From Pseudomonadota bacterium (GTDB lineage Bacteria; Pseudomonadota; Gammaproteobacteria; Burkholderiales; JAKAFK01): a DNA stretch of 64,000 bases. Under the pieces are notes generated by a model. It saw only the letters and a list, made by a program, of their open reading frames with translations. It did not search any database and was not told the origin of the DNA. Position numbers and translations under genes: made by a program. The stretch lies in the NCBI GenBank assembly GCA_021817985.1, contig JAKAFK010000001.1:8523-72522 (forward strand). The letters run 5' to 3'. Below are positions 43,628 through 55,241 of the stretch, piece after piece. How positions within the stretch are numbered: the stretch's first letter is position 1; the number at the start of each line of letters is the position of its first letter.

Positions 43628-44545
43628 CTACGGTGTCCCTTCCTCGCGCACCGCATGCCCGCCAAAGCCTTTGCGCATCATCGCCAGCAGTTTGGCCGTG
43701 TAATCGTTCGCGCCTTGGCTCGCGAAGCGCATCATGAGGGCCAGGCTCATCACCGGCGTAGGAATTCCCAACTCGACGGCCTCCAGGGCGGTCCACCGCC
43801 CTTCCCCCGAGTCCGACACATACGGCTCGATCTCGCCTAGACGCTGATCGGTTCTCAGAAAATCCGCAGTCAGGTCAAGCAGCCAGGAGCGGACCACGCT
43901 GCCGTGACGCCACAGTTCCGCGACCGCCCCGAGGTCGAGGTCGAACTCCTTGCGCGCCGCCAGCAGGCTCAAGCCTTCCGCAAGCGACTGCATCATCCCG
44001 TACTCGATGCCGTTGTGCACCATCTTGACGAAATGGCCGGACCCGACCGGGCCGCAGTGCAGCCACCCCGTATCGGGGGAGGGCGCGAGAGCGCGCAGAT
44101 AGGGCTTGACGCGGTCAAGCGCCTCCTTGGGGCCGCCCACCATCAGGCAGTAGCCTTCGGCCAGCCCCCAGATCCCGCCCGAGACGCCCGCATCGACGAA
44201 CTGGATGCCCCGCTCGGACAGCTTTTGCGCACGCCGCAGGGAATCCTTGTAGAACGAATTGCCGCCGTCCACGACCACATCGCCGCGGCCCAGCAACGCC
44301 GCCAACTCCTCGACGGCATCCTCCGTGACCTGTCCGCTCGGCAACATGAGCCATACGAGCCGAGGGGGCGTCAGGCGAGCCACCATGTCTGCGAGGCTCG
44401 CCGCCGCCGCCACGCCGATCTCCTGTGCCAGGGCCTGGGTCACCGCGGGGGTGCGGTTATACGCCACGACCTCCATTTGCGCCTTGCGGAGCCGACGCGC
44501 CATGTTCGCGCCCATGCGGCCCATGCCTGCCATGCCAATGGTCAT
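43628..44545 (-). CDS. gnd: 6-phosphogluconate dehydrogenase (decarboxylating), short GntZ/YqeC-like form
   Basis: MTIGMAGMGRMGANMARRL Rossmann N-terminus. 305 aa from the ATG at 44545. Confidence 0.8.
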   Translation of the reverse strand: MTIGMAGMGRMGANMARRLRKAQMEVVAYNRTPAVTQALAQEIGVAAAASLADMVARLTPPRLVWLMLPSGQVTEDAVEELAALLGRGDVVVDGGNSFYKDSLRRAQKLSERGIQFVDAGVSGGIWGLAEGYCLMVGGPKEALDRVKPYLRALAPSPDTGWLHCGPVGSGHFVKMVHNGIEYGMMQSLAEGLSLLAARKEFDLDLGAVAELWRHGSVVRSWLLDLTADFLRTDQRLGEIEPYVSDSGEGRWTALEAVELGIPTPVMSLALMMRFASQGANDYTAKLLAMMRKGFGGHAVREEGTP

Positions 44546-44860
44546 TGTCGCCCCTTCAAAAGAATGCCTGCCGAGGCCGGTCGCCGCGACGGGCCGATTC
44601 GAACGCCACGTCCGGTCAGACCCCCGGTGAATCCCGCGGTTCCATTCCGTCGCGGCGATGGACAAGTCTCGCACACGATGTCGTGCCTTTCGATGGGCCG
44701 TCGACCTGCTTCCTGGCTTGCCGTCCCGCGCCCTTTGAGAACAAGTATAGTTCACCGGGGCGTCCCCCCGCGACACCGCCGTTTCAGGCGCATCTGAAGG
44801 AGACATCTTCTGCTAGAATGCTTTCTTTTTTGTCTGCCTTAGCATCTGCCGGACGAGCAC

Positions 44861-46396
44861 ATGGCCCCGCCCGCCCCACTCCAAGAAGAAGCCGCGCCCC
44901 TTAAGATCCTCTTCGTGACATCGGAGGTCCGCCCCGTCGTCCAGACAGGCGGCCTGGCCGACGTCAGCGCGGCCTTGCCCGCGGCCCTGCGCCACCTCGG
45001 GGCCGACGTGCGCATCCTGCTGCCCGGCTATCGGGCGGTCTTGGACGAGAGCAAGAAGATCCGGGTTTGCGCCCGCATCGAGGACATTCCGGAACACGGG
45101 GAGGTGCGTCTTTTGTCCGCTTGCCTGCCCCACTCGGAGGTGCCCTTGCTGCTCGTCGACTATCCCGTCTACTATGATCGGGAAGGCGGCCCCTATCTCG
45201 ATGCCGATGGGCGCGAATGGCCCGACAATGCTTGGCGGTTCGGCCTATTCTCGCACGTCGCCGCGCGTCTCGGAAGTGCCCAAAGCCCCTTGGCATGGCG
45301 CCCGGACATCGTCCACTGCAACGACTGGCAGAGCGGCCTCGCGCCCGCGTTGATGCACTTCATGTCCGGTCGCAAGGCCGCCACCCTCATGACCGTGCAC
45401 AACCTCGCCTATCAAGGCGTCTTCGCGCCGCAGTTCGCCACCCGCCTCGGCCTGCCGGCATCCAGCTTTCACATGGAGGGCGTCGAATATTATGGCCTGT
45501 TCTCCTTTTTGAAGGCGGGCCTCTATTACGCGGACCATCTGAGTACCGTGAGCCCGACCTACGCCAAGGAAATTCAGTCGGAACCGCTGGGTTTCGGGCT
45601 GCAAGGGCTGCTCGCTGCGCGCACGCGGGCGCTGACGGGCATCTTGAACGGCGTCGACACCGAACGCTGGAATCCGGCGTCGGATCCGTTGCTGCCAGCC
45701 CCCTTCGGGCCGGGACACTGGGACGCAAAACAGGCCAACAAAACCGCGCTGCAGCAGACGCTGGGCCTTGAGGTCCGGCCGGACAGGCCGATCCTTGGCG
45801 TGGTCAGCCGCCTCACGCCGCAAAAAGGCCTCGATTTACTGCTGGAGGCCGCGCCCCGCCTGCTGGAAACGCCTGTACAGATCGCCATGGTGGGCAACGG
45901 CGACCGCGACTTGGAGCGCGACTGGCTCGCGCTCCAGGCGCGCTATCCGGGGGCCGTCGCCGCGCGCATCGCCTTCGACGAGCGGCTGTCGCACCTCGTG
46001 GAAGCAGGCTCGGACATCTTCGTCATGCCCTCCCGCTTCGAGCCTTGCGGACTCAACCAAATGTATAGCCAGCTCTATGGCACCCCGCCGGTCGTCCATT
46101 TCACAGGGGGGCTCGCCGATACGGTGGTCGACGCGACGGCGGCGGCCGTGCAAGCAGGCGAAGCGACCGGTTTCGTCTTCCGCGAAATGACCGCGCGCGC
46201 CCTCGAACAGGCCGTCCGGCGGGCACTGGACGCCTATCGCGACAAGCGCACCTGGCGTCGCCTTCAGCTCAACGGGATGTCGCGCGATTTCAGCTGGGAC
46301 CACAGCGCACGCGGGTATCTCGCCCTCTACCGGTCGATCCTCGCGGCACGCGCCCAGCCCGTCGCCAGGATCGCGTGCTCAGCCGCCCTGCCTTAA
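44861..46396 (+). CDS. glgA: Glycogen synthase (GT5), second copy
   Basis: [21 protein letters not shown] and the [13 protein letters not shown] motif. 511 aa. Confidence 0.9.
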   Translation: MAPPAPLQEEAAPLKILFVTSEVRPVVQTGGLADVSAALPAALRHLGADVRILLPGYRAVLDESKKIRVCARIEDIPEHGEVRLLSACLPHSEVPLLLVDYPVYYDREGGPYLDADGREWPDNAWRFGLFSHVAARLGSAQSPLAWRPDIVHCNDWQSGLAPALMHFMSGRKAATLMTVHNLAYQGVFAPQFATRLGLPASSFHMEGVEYYGLFSFLKAGLYYADHLSTVSPTYAKEIQSEPLGFGLQGLLAARTRALTGILNGVDTERWNPASDPLLPAPFGPGHWDAKQANKTALQQTLGLEVRPDRPILGVVSRLTPQKGLDLLLEAAPRLLETPVQIAMVGNGDRDLERDWLALQARYPGAVAARIAFDERLSHLVEAGSDIFVMPSRFEPCGLNQMYSQLYGTPPVVHFTGGLADTVVDATAAAVQAGEATGFVFREMTARALEQAVRRALDAYRDKRTWRRLQLNGMSRDFSWDHSARGYLALYRSILAARAQPVARIACSAALP

Positions 46397-46938
46397 CCGC
46401 GCAGGAAGTTCTGCCGGTAGTACTTCATTTCGGCGATGGATTCATGGATGTCCGCCAGCGCCTCATGCTTGTTCTGCTTCGAGAACCCCTCCAGCAGCGC
46501 CGGCTGCCAGCGTTTCGCGAGTTCCTTCAGGGTGCTGACGTCGAGATTGCGGTAATGGAAGTAGGCTTCAAGCTGCGGCATGTAGCGCGCGAGAAATCGC
46601 CGGTCCTGACAGATCGAGTTGCCGCACATGGGCGAGGCCTTGGGAGCCACGTGGCTGCGCAGGAAAGCCAAGAGCTGGGCCTCGACGCCCGCGTCGGACA
46701 GGCCCGAGGCCTTGACCTTCTCCGTCAGGCCCGATTTCCCGTGCGTCGCCTTGTTCCATGCGTCCATCGCATCCAGTACGGCATCCGGCTGGTGAACCAC
46801 GAGCACCGGGGCCTGCGCCACGATCTCGAGCTGCGCGTCGGTGACCACCAGCGCGACCTCCAGAATGCGATCGGCTTCCGGATTGAGGCCGCTCATCTCC
46901 ATGTCGATCCAGATAAGGCGATTGTTGTCTTGTGCCAT
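46393..46938 (-). CDS. orn: Oligoribonuclease
   Basis: [20 protein letters not shown] is the DEDDh exonuclease motif. ATG at 46938. Confidence 0.9.
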   Translation of the reverse strand: MAQDNNRLIWIDMEMSGLNPEADRILEVALVVTDAQLEIVAQAPVLVVHQPDAVLDAMDAWNKATHGKSGLTEKVKASGLSDAGVEAQLLAFLRSHVAPKASPMCGNSICQDRRFLARYMPQLEAYFHYRNLDVSTLKELAKRWQPALLEGFSKQNKHEALADIHESIAEMKYYRQNFLRG

Positions 46939-47099
46939 AATAGGTCCTAAATAAAGTCCATTGCTGCCAGGATCGGCGCTCAGCCCCCTGCGCCCTCGGC
47001 CAGGCCGCATAAAGGACGGATATTTTGGCACATTGCAGGCACGGACGCACGGACCCCTCCGCGCGCGGCCTGGCATAGGACTTCATCACGGAAACCGGG

Positions 47100-48350
47100 A
47101 TGCATCCGTTTACCCTCGCTTTCGTGGTCGCCGCCTTAGGCACGACCGCACTCAAATTCTGGCTCGCACAGCGCCATCTGCACGCCATCCGCGCACACCG
47201 CGACCAGGTTCCCGCGGGGTTTTCGGAGAGCATCAGCCTGGATGCCCACCGCAAGGCGGCCGACTATAGCGGCGCGAAGACGCGCCTGGGACGGGCGCAC
47301 ACGGCGCTCGACACGGCGCTCCTGTTCGCCCTCACCCTCGGGGGCGGCCTCAATGTCCTGGCCGCAATCGCGAATCGCGCATTCGCCTCCGACCTGCTCC
47401 AAAATCTCGCGCTCATCGTCATGGTGGTCGTGATCAGCGCACTGGTCGAACTGCCGCTCGGTCTTTATCGAACCTTCGTGGTCGAAGCGCGCTTCGGCTT
47501 CAACCAGATGACGCCGCGCCTGTACGCCCTCGATCTCGCCAAGCAGGCCGCCCTTGCGGCCGCGCTCGGGCTGCCGCTCGCCTGGGCGGTGCTGTGGCTC
47601 ATGGCCCGGATGGGCAGCCACTGGTGGCTGTACGTGTGGGTGACCTGGCTCGCGTTCAATCTCGGCGTCCTCATGATTTATCCCCGCTTCATTGCCCCAT
47701 GGTTCAACCACTTCACGCCGCTGACTGACTCTGCGCTCAAGACGCGCATCGAGGCGTTGCTCCAGAAATGCGGTTATGAGGCGCAGGGCCTGTTCGTCAT
47801 GGACGGCTCCAAGCGTACAAACCACGGCAACGCCTTCTTCACCGGATTCGGGCGATCCAAGCGGATCATTTTTTTTGACACCCTGCTTGCCCATCTCACG
47901 CCCGACGAGGTCGAGGCAGTCCTGGCGCACGAAATCGGCCATTTCAAGCGGCACCATATCCCCAAGCGCCTGGCCGGCATGTTCTGCGTGAGCCTCCTGC
48001 TGCTGTGGGCGCTCGGAAGCGTCATGGATCAAAGCTGGTTCTACCAGGGACTCGGCGTGACCGCCCACGGCACCGGCATGGCCCTGATCCTGTTCTTCTT
48101 GGTCATCCCGGTGTTCACGTTCCCGCTGCAGCCGGCGCTCAGCCACTACTCCCGCAAGCAGGAATTCGAAGCGGACCAGTATGCGGCCCAGCACACGCGC
48201 CCGGAAACGCTGGTGCAGGCGTTGGTGCGGCTCTATCGGGACAACGCGACGACCTTGACCCCCGATGCCTGGCATTCGGCCTTCTACGACTCGCACCCGC
48301 CCGCGGCGCAACGCATCGCACGATTGCAAAATGCGCCCAACCATGGTTGA
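47100..48350 (+). CDS. M48-family (Ste24-like) membrane zinc metallopeptidase
   Basis: Multi-TM N-terminal half plus LAHEIGHFKRHH (HExxH). Confidence 0.85.
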   Translation: MHPFTLAFVVAALGTTALKFWLAQRHLHAIRAHRDQVPAGFSESISLDAHRKAADYSGAKTRLGRAHTALDTALLFALTLGGGLNVLAAIANRAFASDLLQNLALIVMVVVISALVELPLGLYRTFVVEARFGFNQMTPRLYALDLAKQAALAAALGLPLAWAVLWLMARMGSHWWLYVWVTWLAFNLGVLMIYPRFIAPWFNHFTPLTDSALKTRIEALLQKCGYEAQGLFVMDGSKRTNHGNAFFTGFGRSKRIIFFDTLLAHLTPDEVEAVLAHEIGHFKRHHIPKRLAGMFCVSLLLLWALGSVMDQSWFYQGLGVTAHGTGMALILFFLVIPVFTFPLQPALSHYSRKQEFEADQYAAQHTRPETLVQALVRLYRDNATTLTPDAWHSAFYDSHPPAAQRIARLQNAPNHG

Positions 48351-48464
48351 ATCGCTGCCAGTTCGCGTCGTTGGCCAAGCGGCCTGCGGGAGCATCGACC
48401 CTTCCGACGGCAAACGCTCCACGCTGGCCAGCGGACATTCCCCATTTCGAAACAGGAGGCTCCC

Positions 48465-48812
48465 ATGAACACCCGTGAAGCGGCATGCGACCTGTCCCAG
48501 AAACACTGCAAGCCCTGCGAAGGCGGCGTCGATCCACTACCCGCCGCCGAAGTCGAACGTCAGCTGGCTCAGCTGTCCGGCTGGACCCAGGACGGTCCGG
48601 CCATCCGCAAGACCTACACGTTCAAGAATTACTATGAAACCATGGCGTTCGTGAACGCGACCGCATGGATCTCGCACCGCGAGGACCACCATCCCGATCT
48701 CGAGGTGGGATACAACCGGTGCCAGGTGCGCTACATGACCCATGCCATCGGCGGATTGTCCGACAACGATTTCATCTGCGCCGCCAAGATCGACGCGCTG
48801 CTTGCCCTTTGA
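48465..48812 (+). CDS. phhB: Pterin-4-alpha-carbinolamine dehydratase
   Basis: Has the typical PCD core ..HREDHHPDLEVGYNRCQVRYMTH. Confidence 0.85.
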   Translation: MNTREAACDLSQKHCKPCEGGVDPLPAAEVERQLAQLSGWTQDGPAIRKTYTFKNYYETMAFVNATAWISHREDHHPDLEVGYNRCQVRYMTHAIGGLSDNDFICAAKIDALLAL

Positions 48813-48861
48813 TTCCCAGTCGCCCGGTACCCTGCGCGCTGACATCGAGGGCCGTGAGGTC

Positions 48862-49779
48862 ATGAGCGCGCCGGCCGGCCGGCGCGTGCGGGGTCTCGTG
48901 GTGGCGGCATTCGGGCGGCACTTCGACGTCGACATCGGAAATGGCGAGCGTCTCGCCTGCGTAGCCCGCGGCAAGAAGGGCGGCATCGCCTGCGGCGACC
49001 AGGTCGCCCTTCGGGCCACAGGTGCCGGGCAGGCCGTCATCGAGGACATTCTCCCCCGCCAAACACTGCTCTTCCGCGCGGATGCCCACCGCACCAAGCT
49101 CATTGCGGCGAACGTGACGCAAGCGGTCGTGGTGGTGGCCGCCCAGCCCACGTTTTATCCGGATCTGCTGGACCGCTGCCTGATTGCGGCCGACGCAGCG
49201 GGCGTCAGGACGCTCATCGTGCTCAACAAATGCGACTTGGAAGACCTGACCGAACACGCCGCGCAGGCGCTCAGCCTCTACGAAAGGCTCGGCTATGATC
49301 TGCTCAAGGTGTCGGCTCACCGGAGCATCGACGCCCTGCGCCCCCGCCTGGAGGGCCATACGAGCATTCTGGTCGGCCAATCCGGCATGGGCAAGTCGAG
49401 CATCCTCAATGCCCTCCTGCCGGACGCAGGCGCCGCGATCGGCGAGATCTCGGAAGCCCTCGACACCGGGCGCCATACGACGACCGCCACTCGGCTGCAC
49501 CCGCTCGACCCGGAAAGCCGCATCATCGACTCGCCGGGCTTGCAGGAATTCGGACTGTCCGCCCTCGAGCCGCCAGAAATCGCCCGGTCGTTTCCCGAGT
49601 TCCGCCCTCACCTGGACAGGTGCCGCTTCCGCAACTGCGGCCATCGCTCGGAGCCCGGCTGCGCGGTTCTGGAGGCCACGCGGCTCGGGACCATTGACCC
49701 GCGGCGGCTCGCGTCTTACCATCGCATCGTCGCGAGCCTTGCGCCGCCCAGGCGCCCTGCACACGGAAGCCGTCGGTGA
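48862..49779 (+). CDS. rsgA: Ribosome small-subunit-dependent GTPase A
   Basis: Circularly permuted GTPase (LNKCDL .. GQSGMGKSSILNAL) and a C-terminal Zn finger (CRFRNCGHRSEPGC). ATG at 48862. Confidence 0.9.
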   Translation: MSAPAGRRVRGLVVAAFGRHFDVDIGNGERLACVARGKKGGIACGDQVALRATGAGQAVIEDILPRQTLLFRADAHRTKLIAANVTQAVVVVAAQPTFYPDLLDRCLIAADAAGVRTLIVLNKCDLEDLTEHAAQALSLYERLGYDLLKVSAHRSIDALRPRLEGHTSILVGQSGMGKSSILNALLPDAGAAIGEISEALDTGRHTTTATRLHPLDPESRIIDSPGLQEFGLSALEPPEIARSFPEFRPHLDRCRFRNCGHRSEPGCAVLEATRLGTIDPRRLASYHRIVASLAPPRRPAHGSRR

Positions 49780-50146
49780 GCATGAAACCGCAACATCCCG
49801 CGTGCAAACTGCTCGCGCGGGTCGCGTGAGCAGTCTTTCTCGATAGGCCGCCGCCGAGTTTCCTATACTGTCTATCATGCGCCCGGTCGCGACGTCGGGC
49901 AACGGGCAGGAATCCGCGGGAGTGCGCGTTGAGTCTCTCGCCCCGCGAGAAGGCCCTTGCGCGCAGACGCACGCAACGGCGGATGCACGATTTCCAGCCA
50001 TACCCGGCCGGCGCCGGGACCGCATACTGACGGGGCGCCGACCGCGCAGACCTTACAGACAACTAGAGAAAGGGGCAACGCCCGTCTCCTTTGCCGCGAA
50101 TGCCGCCAGGCGCGCGTCACGGGGGATCAGCGGCGTCCAATTTGCG

Positions 50147-52666
50147 ATGGAAAGCCACTCGAACACGAATTCTTTTCAACATGACTCCCTGGGTCTGGAT
50201 GCGCCCTCGATCAAGCGCTCCTTGGCGAACAGCCTGACCTACTCCATGGGCAAGGACCGGCGCACCGCCACCCAGCGCGACTGGTTCAATGCGCTGGCCT
50301 ACTCGGTCCGTGACCGGCTCGCCGAGCGCTGGCGCGAGACGCTCGATCTGTACCACCGGACCAATGCCAAGCGCGTCTACTACCTGTCCCTGGAATTTCT
50401 CATCGGACGCCTGCTGTCGAGCAGCATGTGCAATATCGGCATCCACGACACCTGCCAGTCGGTGCTCGATGAACTGGGGCTCGACCTGTCCGAACTGCGG
50501 GACCTGGAACCCGACGCCGCCCTGGGCAACGGCGGTTTGGGGCGCCTGGCCGCCTGCTTCCTGGACTCCATGGCGACCCTGGATCTGCCCGGCTACGGGT
50601 ACGGCATCCGCTACGAGTACGGCCTCTTTCACCAGGGCATCGAGAATGGTTTCCAGATCGAGCACCCGGACAACTGGCTGCGCTACGGCAATCCGTGGGA
50701 ATTTCCGCGCCCCGAAGTGCTCTACCCCATCAAGTTCTACGGCAAGCTGGTTGAATTTCGCGACGAGCACGGGCAGGAACACGACCATTGGGTCGATGCG
50801 GAAGAGATCATGGCCATGGCCTATGACACGCCGGTGCCCGGTTTCCGCAACAAGACCGTCAACACCATGCGCCTGTGGGCGGCCAAGGCCTCTCGCGACT
50901 TCGAGCTCAAGTACTTCAACGAAGGCAACTACATCAAGGCCGTGGAGGAAAAGAACCAGACCGAAAACCTGGCCAAGGTCCTCTACCCGAGCGACACCAC
51001 GACCACCGGCAAGGAACTGCGCCTCAAGCAGCAGTATTTTTTCGTCAGCGCCTCGCTGCAGGACATCCTGCGCCGCTTCCTCGCCCACCACCAGTCGCTC
51101 GACGAGCTTCCGGACAAGGTCGACATTCAGCTCAACGACACCCACCCGTCGGTCGCGATCCCGGAACTGATGCGGCTCCTTCTGGACATCTACAAGCTCG
51201 GCTGGGACAAGGCCTGGGACATCACGGTGCGGACCTTCTCCTACACCAACCACACCTTGTTGCCGGAAGCCTTGGAAACGTGGCCGGTCGAGATGTTCGA
51301 ACGCATCCTGCCGCGCCACCTGAAGATTATCTATGACATCAATCTGCGCTTCCTGCGGGAGGTCACCCACCGCTATCCGGGGGACATGGACCTGCTGCGG
51401 CGCGTGTCGATCATCGGCGAGGAAGGGGTCAAGCACGTTCGCATGTCCCACCTGGCGATCGTGGGGAGCCACCAAGTCAACGGGGTCGCGAAGATCCACA
51501 CCGAACTGATGAAATCCACCATCTTTGCCGATCTTGATCGCTTCTTTCCCGGCCGCATCATCAACATCACCAATGGCGTCACCCCCCGCCGCTGGCTCAA
51601 CCAGGCCAACCATGGCCTGCGCGACCTGATTTCCGCCCACATCGGGCAAGGCTGGGTGACAGACCTTGGAGAGTTGCGCCAGCTCCTGCCCCTCGCTTCC
51701 GACGCCAAGTTCCGAGCCGAATTCCGGCGCGTCAAGCAGAACAACAAGGAGCGCCTGGCCGCCATGATCCAGCGCGACCTCGCCATCGACGTCGACCTGA
51801 ATTCGATGTTCGACGTCCAGATCAAGCGCATTCACGAGTACAAGCGGCAGCTGCTCAACGTGCTGCATGTGGTCACACGCTACAACCGCATCCGCCAAGG
51901 CCGCATCGCCAATCCGGTCCCGCGCACGGTGATCTTCGGCGGAAAAGCGGCGCCGGATTACCATATCGCCAAGCTGGTCATCAAGCTGATCAACGATGTT
52001 GCGGATATCGTCAATAACGACCCGACACTGGACAACCTGCTCAAGGTGGCCTTTCTGCCGAACTACGACGTCTCGCTGGCAAGTCTCATCATTCCTGCGA
52101 CGGACCTCTCCGAGCAAATTTCCACGGCGGGCACGGAGGCCTCCGGCACCGGCAATATGAAGCTGGCCCTAAACGGCGCCCTGACGATCGGCACGCTCGA
52201 TGGCGCCAACGTGGAGATTCGCGACGAGGTGGGCGATGAGAACATCTTCATCTTCGGCCACAACGCCACGGAGGTGGCCGAACTCAGGCGCCACGGGTAC
52301 AACCCGTGGAGCTACTACCATGGCAACGGGGAACTCAAGGAAGTGCTCGACATGATCGGAACGGGCTTTTTCTCTCCCGAGCAGCCCGACCGCTTCCGTC
52401 CCATCTTCGACAATCTGACAAGCGGAGGGGATTACTACATGCTGCTCGCGGACTATGGCCCCTATATCGAGTGCCAGGACCGCGTCGACCAAGCCTACCG
52501 CGACAGCGACGGATGGACGCGCAAAACCATCATCAACACTGCGAGCATGGGGCGGTTTTCCAGCGATCGCAGCATCCTGGAATACGCCGAGAAGGTTTGG
52601 GATGCCAAACCCGCTTCATGGACGCCGGACGTACAAGGAGCGACGCCCCCGCTGCCCCTGCCCTAA
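50147..52666 (+). CDS. glgP: Glycogen/maltodextrin phosphorylase
   Basis: GNGGLGRLAACFLDS and the PLP-lysine motif EASGTGNMKLALNGALTIGTLDGANVEI. 839 aa from the ATG at 50147. Confidence 0.95.
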   Translation: MESHSNTNSFQHDSLGLDAPSIKRSLANSLTYSMGKDRRTATQRDWFNALAYSVRDRLAERWRETLDLYHRTNAKRVYYLSLEFLIGRLLSSSMCNIGIHDTCQSVLDELGLDLSELRDLEPDAALGNGGLGRLAACFLDSMATLDLPGYGYGIRYEYGLFHQGIENGFQIEHPDNWLRYGNPWEFPRPEVLYPIKFYGKLVEFRDEHGQEHDHWVDAEEIMAMAYDTPVPGFRNKTVNTMRLWAAKASRDFELKYFNEGNYIKAVEEKNQTENLAKVLYPSDTTTTGKELRLKQQYFFVSASLQDILRRFLAHHQSLDELPDKVDIQLNDTHPSVAIPELMRLLLDIYKLGWDKAWDITVRTFSYTNHTLLPEALETWPVEMFERILPRHLKIIYDINLRFLREVTHRYPGDMDLLRRVSIIGEEGVKHVRMSHLAIVGSHQVNGVAKIHTELMKSTIFADLDRFFPGRIINITNGVTPRRWLNQANHGLRDLISAHIGQGWVTDLGELRQLLPLASDAKFRAEFRRVKQNNKERLAAMIQRDLAIDVDLNSMFDVQIKRIHEYKRQLLNVLHVVTRYNRIRQGRIANPVPRTVIFGGKAAPDYHIAKLVIKLINDVADIVNNDPTLDNLLKVAFLPNYDVSLASLIIPATDLSEQISTAGTEASGTGNMKLALNGALTIGTLDGANVEIRDEVGDENIFIFGHNATEVAELRRHGYNPWSYYHGNGELKEVLDMIGTGFFSPEQPDRFRPIFDNLTSGGDYYMLLADYGPYIECQDRVDQAYRDSDGWTRKTIINTASMGRFSSDRSILEYAEKVWDAKPASWTPDVQGATPPLPLP

Positions 52667-52702
52667 GGGTGCGGTCACGGCGGGCGACAAGCAGGGCGTC
52701 CG

Positions 52703-53635
52703 CTAGCCGGCCCAACTGGCCAGCGTGAGCAGAGCCAACACCGCGAGCCAAAGGACGACCGTCCGCCAGATCAAACCCATTGCGCTTTGCAGGTAACCCA
52801 CGTCGGGCTCATCGCCGAGTCCCAGCTCAGGGCGGGCCACGAGTCCGCCGGCCTGGTGGATGGGATCTCCCAGCTTGACGCCCAAGGCGCCCGCCCCGCT
52901 CGACAGGATGATGCCCTGCAACTTGTCGCTCCAGCTCGCGGCCTGCGCGCGCCAGCAAAACAGGGCATCCTCGAAGTCACCGACGATGGCGAAACTGACT
53001 GCCGTGAGGCGGGCCGGGATCCAGTCGAGCTTGGCGAACGCCTCGCCGGCAAAGCGACCGAAGTCGCCATGCGACTGCGGATCAAGGTCGGCCCAAAGGG
53101 CCGCCAGCCAGAACGACGACCGATAAAGGACAGCGCCTACCGGCCCCAAGGGGGACAGCACCAGAAACCATGCGACCACGCCGAAGAGCTGGCGGTGGGC
53201 GCACAAGAAGGTCTGCTCGATGGCAAGCCGGGTCACTTCGGGCGCCTGCAGCTCCGCGACCTCTCCGCCCGCCCACGTAGCACCCAGCAGCTCGCGCGCA
53301 TGCACCAAGTCGCGCTCCTTGAGTGCGCGGCCCATGCTGGAGAGCTCGCGCGCGCAGCGCTCGAATCCCAGGCAAAGGTACAAGAACACCGTATTCCACG
53401 CCCACGCCGCAAGCACGGACAAGTGCTGCAGCCAAAGATAGCCCACCCCCGCAAAAGCCGCGATGGGCAGCACCGCCAGCGCCCATGCCAGGAGCCCATG
53501 CAACCGCTGGCCCGCATTGAGATGGCTTTCAAGGAATGCAGAATAGCGGGCGAACCCGCGGTGCAGTTCGCCACGCGGATCAAGCGGATAAAAGTGCTCC
53601 AGCGCCAAAGCGGCGATAAGTGCAAATAAAGTCAT
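52703..53635 (-). CDS. CobD/CbiB-family membrane protein (AmpE-like)
   Basis: 310-aa polytopic protein with a CobD/AmpE-like layout. Confidence 0.6.
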   Translation of the reverse strand: MTLFALIAALALEHFYPLDPRGELHRGFARYSAFLESHLNAGQRLHGLLAWALAVLPIAAFAGVGYLWLQHLSVLAAWAWNTVFLYLCLGFERCARELSSMGRALKERDLVHARELLGATWAGGEVAELQAPEVTRLAIEQTFLCAHRQLFGVVAWFLVLSPLGPVGAVLYRSSFWLAALWADLDPQSHGDFGRFAGEAFAKLDWIPARLTAVSFAIVGDFEDALFCWRAQAASWSDKLQGIILSSGAGALGVKLGDPIHQAGGLVARPELGLGDEPDVGYLQSAMGLIWRTVVLWLAVLALLTLASWAG

Positions 53636-53688
53636 CGACGATCCTTCGGGCCGGAAACAGGCCGCCTCAGGGCGCGAGCGCCCGCGCG

Positions 53689-54204
53689 TTAATGGCGAAC
53701 GTCCATTTCGACACTCAGCGTGCCATGCTGGTAAAGTTCAAGGGTCGGCAAGGCCAGCTTCATCGCACGCGACGAAAGATAATCCAGGAGGGCGGAATAA
53801 GCCTTGCTGGGCGCCAAAAGAGGGCTCGCCTTGACGGTCACCAGGAGGACACGGCGGGCGGGAATCACCCCGGCGCGCAGAGGGGCACCCACCGGCGCAC
53901 CCGCCGGGACGAGGAACCCGGCCTCCGCCTTCATCTTCAGCGGCGGCGTCACGCGAGGGTCCTCAAGAAGTCTCGCCACCGGCACGCCCGGGGCGATGCC
54001 CTGTTGCTTGAGGATCTGATATACCTTATTTTGCGTATCGATGATTTTTGCAAGATCGCCTTCGTGGACCACATACGCGTAATGATAAGGACCGCGCTCG
54101 GCATAGCGGATATGCGCACCGCTGAAGAACCCCATGAACCAGAGGACGAGCAGGATCGGCAGAACAAAGAACGACAGAAACTGAAGCCAAAACTTGGTGT
54201 TCAA
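53689..54204 (-). CDS. Membrane-anchored GyrI-like (small-molecule-binding) domain protein
   Basis: N-terminal TM helix, then a duplicated beta-alpha-beta-beta pattern reminiscent of GyrI-like/SOUL domains. Confidence 0.45.
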   Translation of the reverse strand: MNTKFWLQFLSFFVLPILLVLWFMGFFSGAHIRYAERGPYHYAYVVHEGDLAKIIDTQNKVYQILKQQGIAPGVPVARLLEDPRVTPPLKMKAEAGFLVPAGAPVGAPLRAGVIPARRVLLVTVKASPLLAPSKAYSALLDYLSSRAMKLALPTLELYQHGTLSVEMDVRH

Positions 54205-54332
54205 TCAAGGGTCCCCAAAAACGGCAAATGAAGAGACAATAACATATTTGATTGCCCACAGGGTTCGGCAGGCGCATTGGGTGAGCCACCGGGGTTGGAA
54301 AATAGCGCATCTTTCGAGAGGAGATGCGCAAA

Positions 54333-55241
54333 ATGGCGGTCAACCCAGTGCAGTTTCAGCGGGGTTTGTCGATGGTCGATTTCCGAAGGCGCCAGGGTGC
54401 CGAAGCGCAGTGCCACGCCGCGTTGATGACGGTTCGCTGGCCGGATGGGTTCATTTGTCCGAAATGCGGGGAAACGCACCACTTCACGTTCGAGCGGGAT
54501 GGCCTGACCTACTGGCAATGCTCGGCGTGCCGGAAGCAGACGAGCGTCCTGGGCAGGACGATCTTTGGGGCAGCCAAACCGCCGCTCACGAAGTGGTTTC
54601 TTGGGATGCCTCTGCTGACCCGGTCGAAGAACAACGTCTCGGCGCTGGCGCTCAAACGGGGTCTCGAGGTTCGCTACGATATGGCTTGGCGCCTCAAGCA
54701 CAAACTCATGCAGGTGATGTGCGAGCGCGAGGCCTTGCGCCCGCTGTCGGGCATGGACGATGCCTGCCTGGGTGGCGAACGCCCGGGTGGCAATCGCGGA
54801 CGCGGTTCGGAGAACAAGGTTTCGTTCGCTGCGGCCGTGTAGACCTCGCACACGGGCAAGGGCCTGTATGTGGGCTTGAAGAGACTCCCGTTCACCCAGG
54901 AAGCGCTGGCCAAGTGGACGAAGGCGGCACTTTCCGCGTCGGCGCATGCCATATCTGACGGCCTGGCATGCTTCCGGGCGCTCACGGCCGCCGACCTCAC
55001 GCACGAGCCGATCGCCACCGGCGGTGGCGCACAATGCGTCAAGATGGAGCAGTCTCACGCGGTGAACACCTTCCTCGGCAATCTGAAGACGGCCTACTCG
55101 GGAACCTATCATGCATTCGACTTCGAAAAGTATGCTGAGCGATATCTCGGGCAGGTGCCATATTTCTTATCGCCGCTTCGACTTGCGGGCCATCCTGAAA
55201 CGCCTGCTCGTGGCGGCAGTCCGAACCACCGCCCGTCCTGA
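54333..55241 (+). pseudogene. IS1595-family transposase gene, inactivated
   Basis: N-terminal zinc ribbon (RWPDGFICPKCG..WQCSACRKQ) and an ISXO2-like DDE region. In-frame TAG at 54840-54842 (..FAAAV*TSHTGKG..). The C-terminal end is degenerate. Confidence 0.75.
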
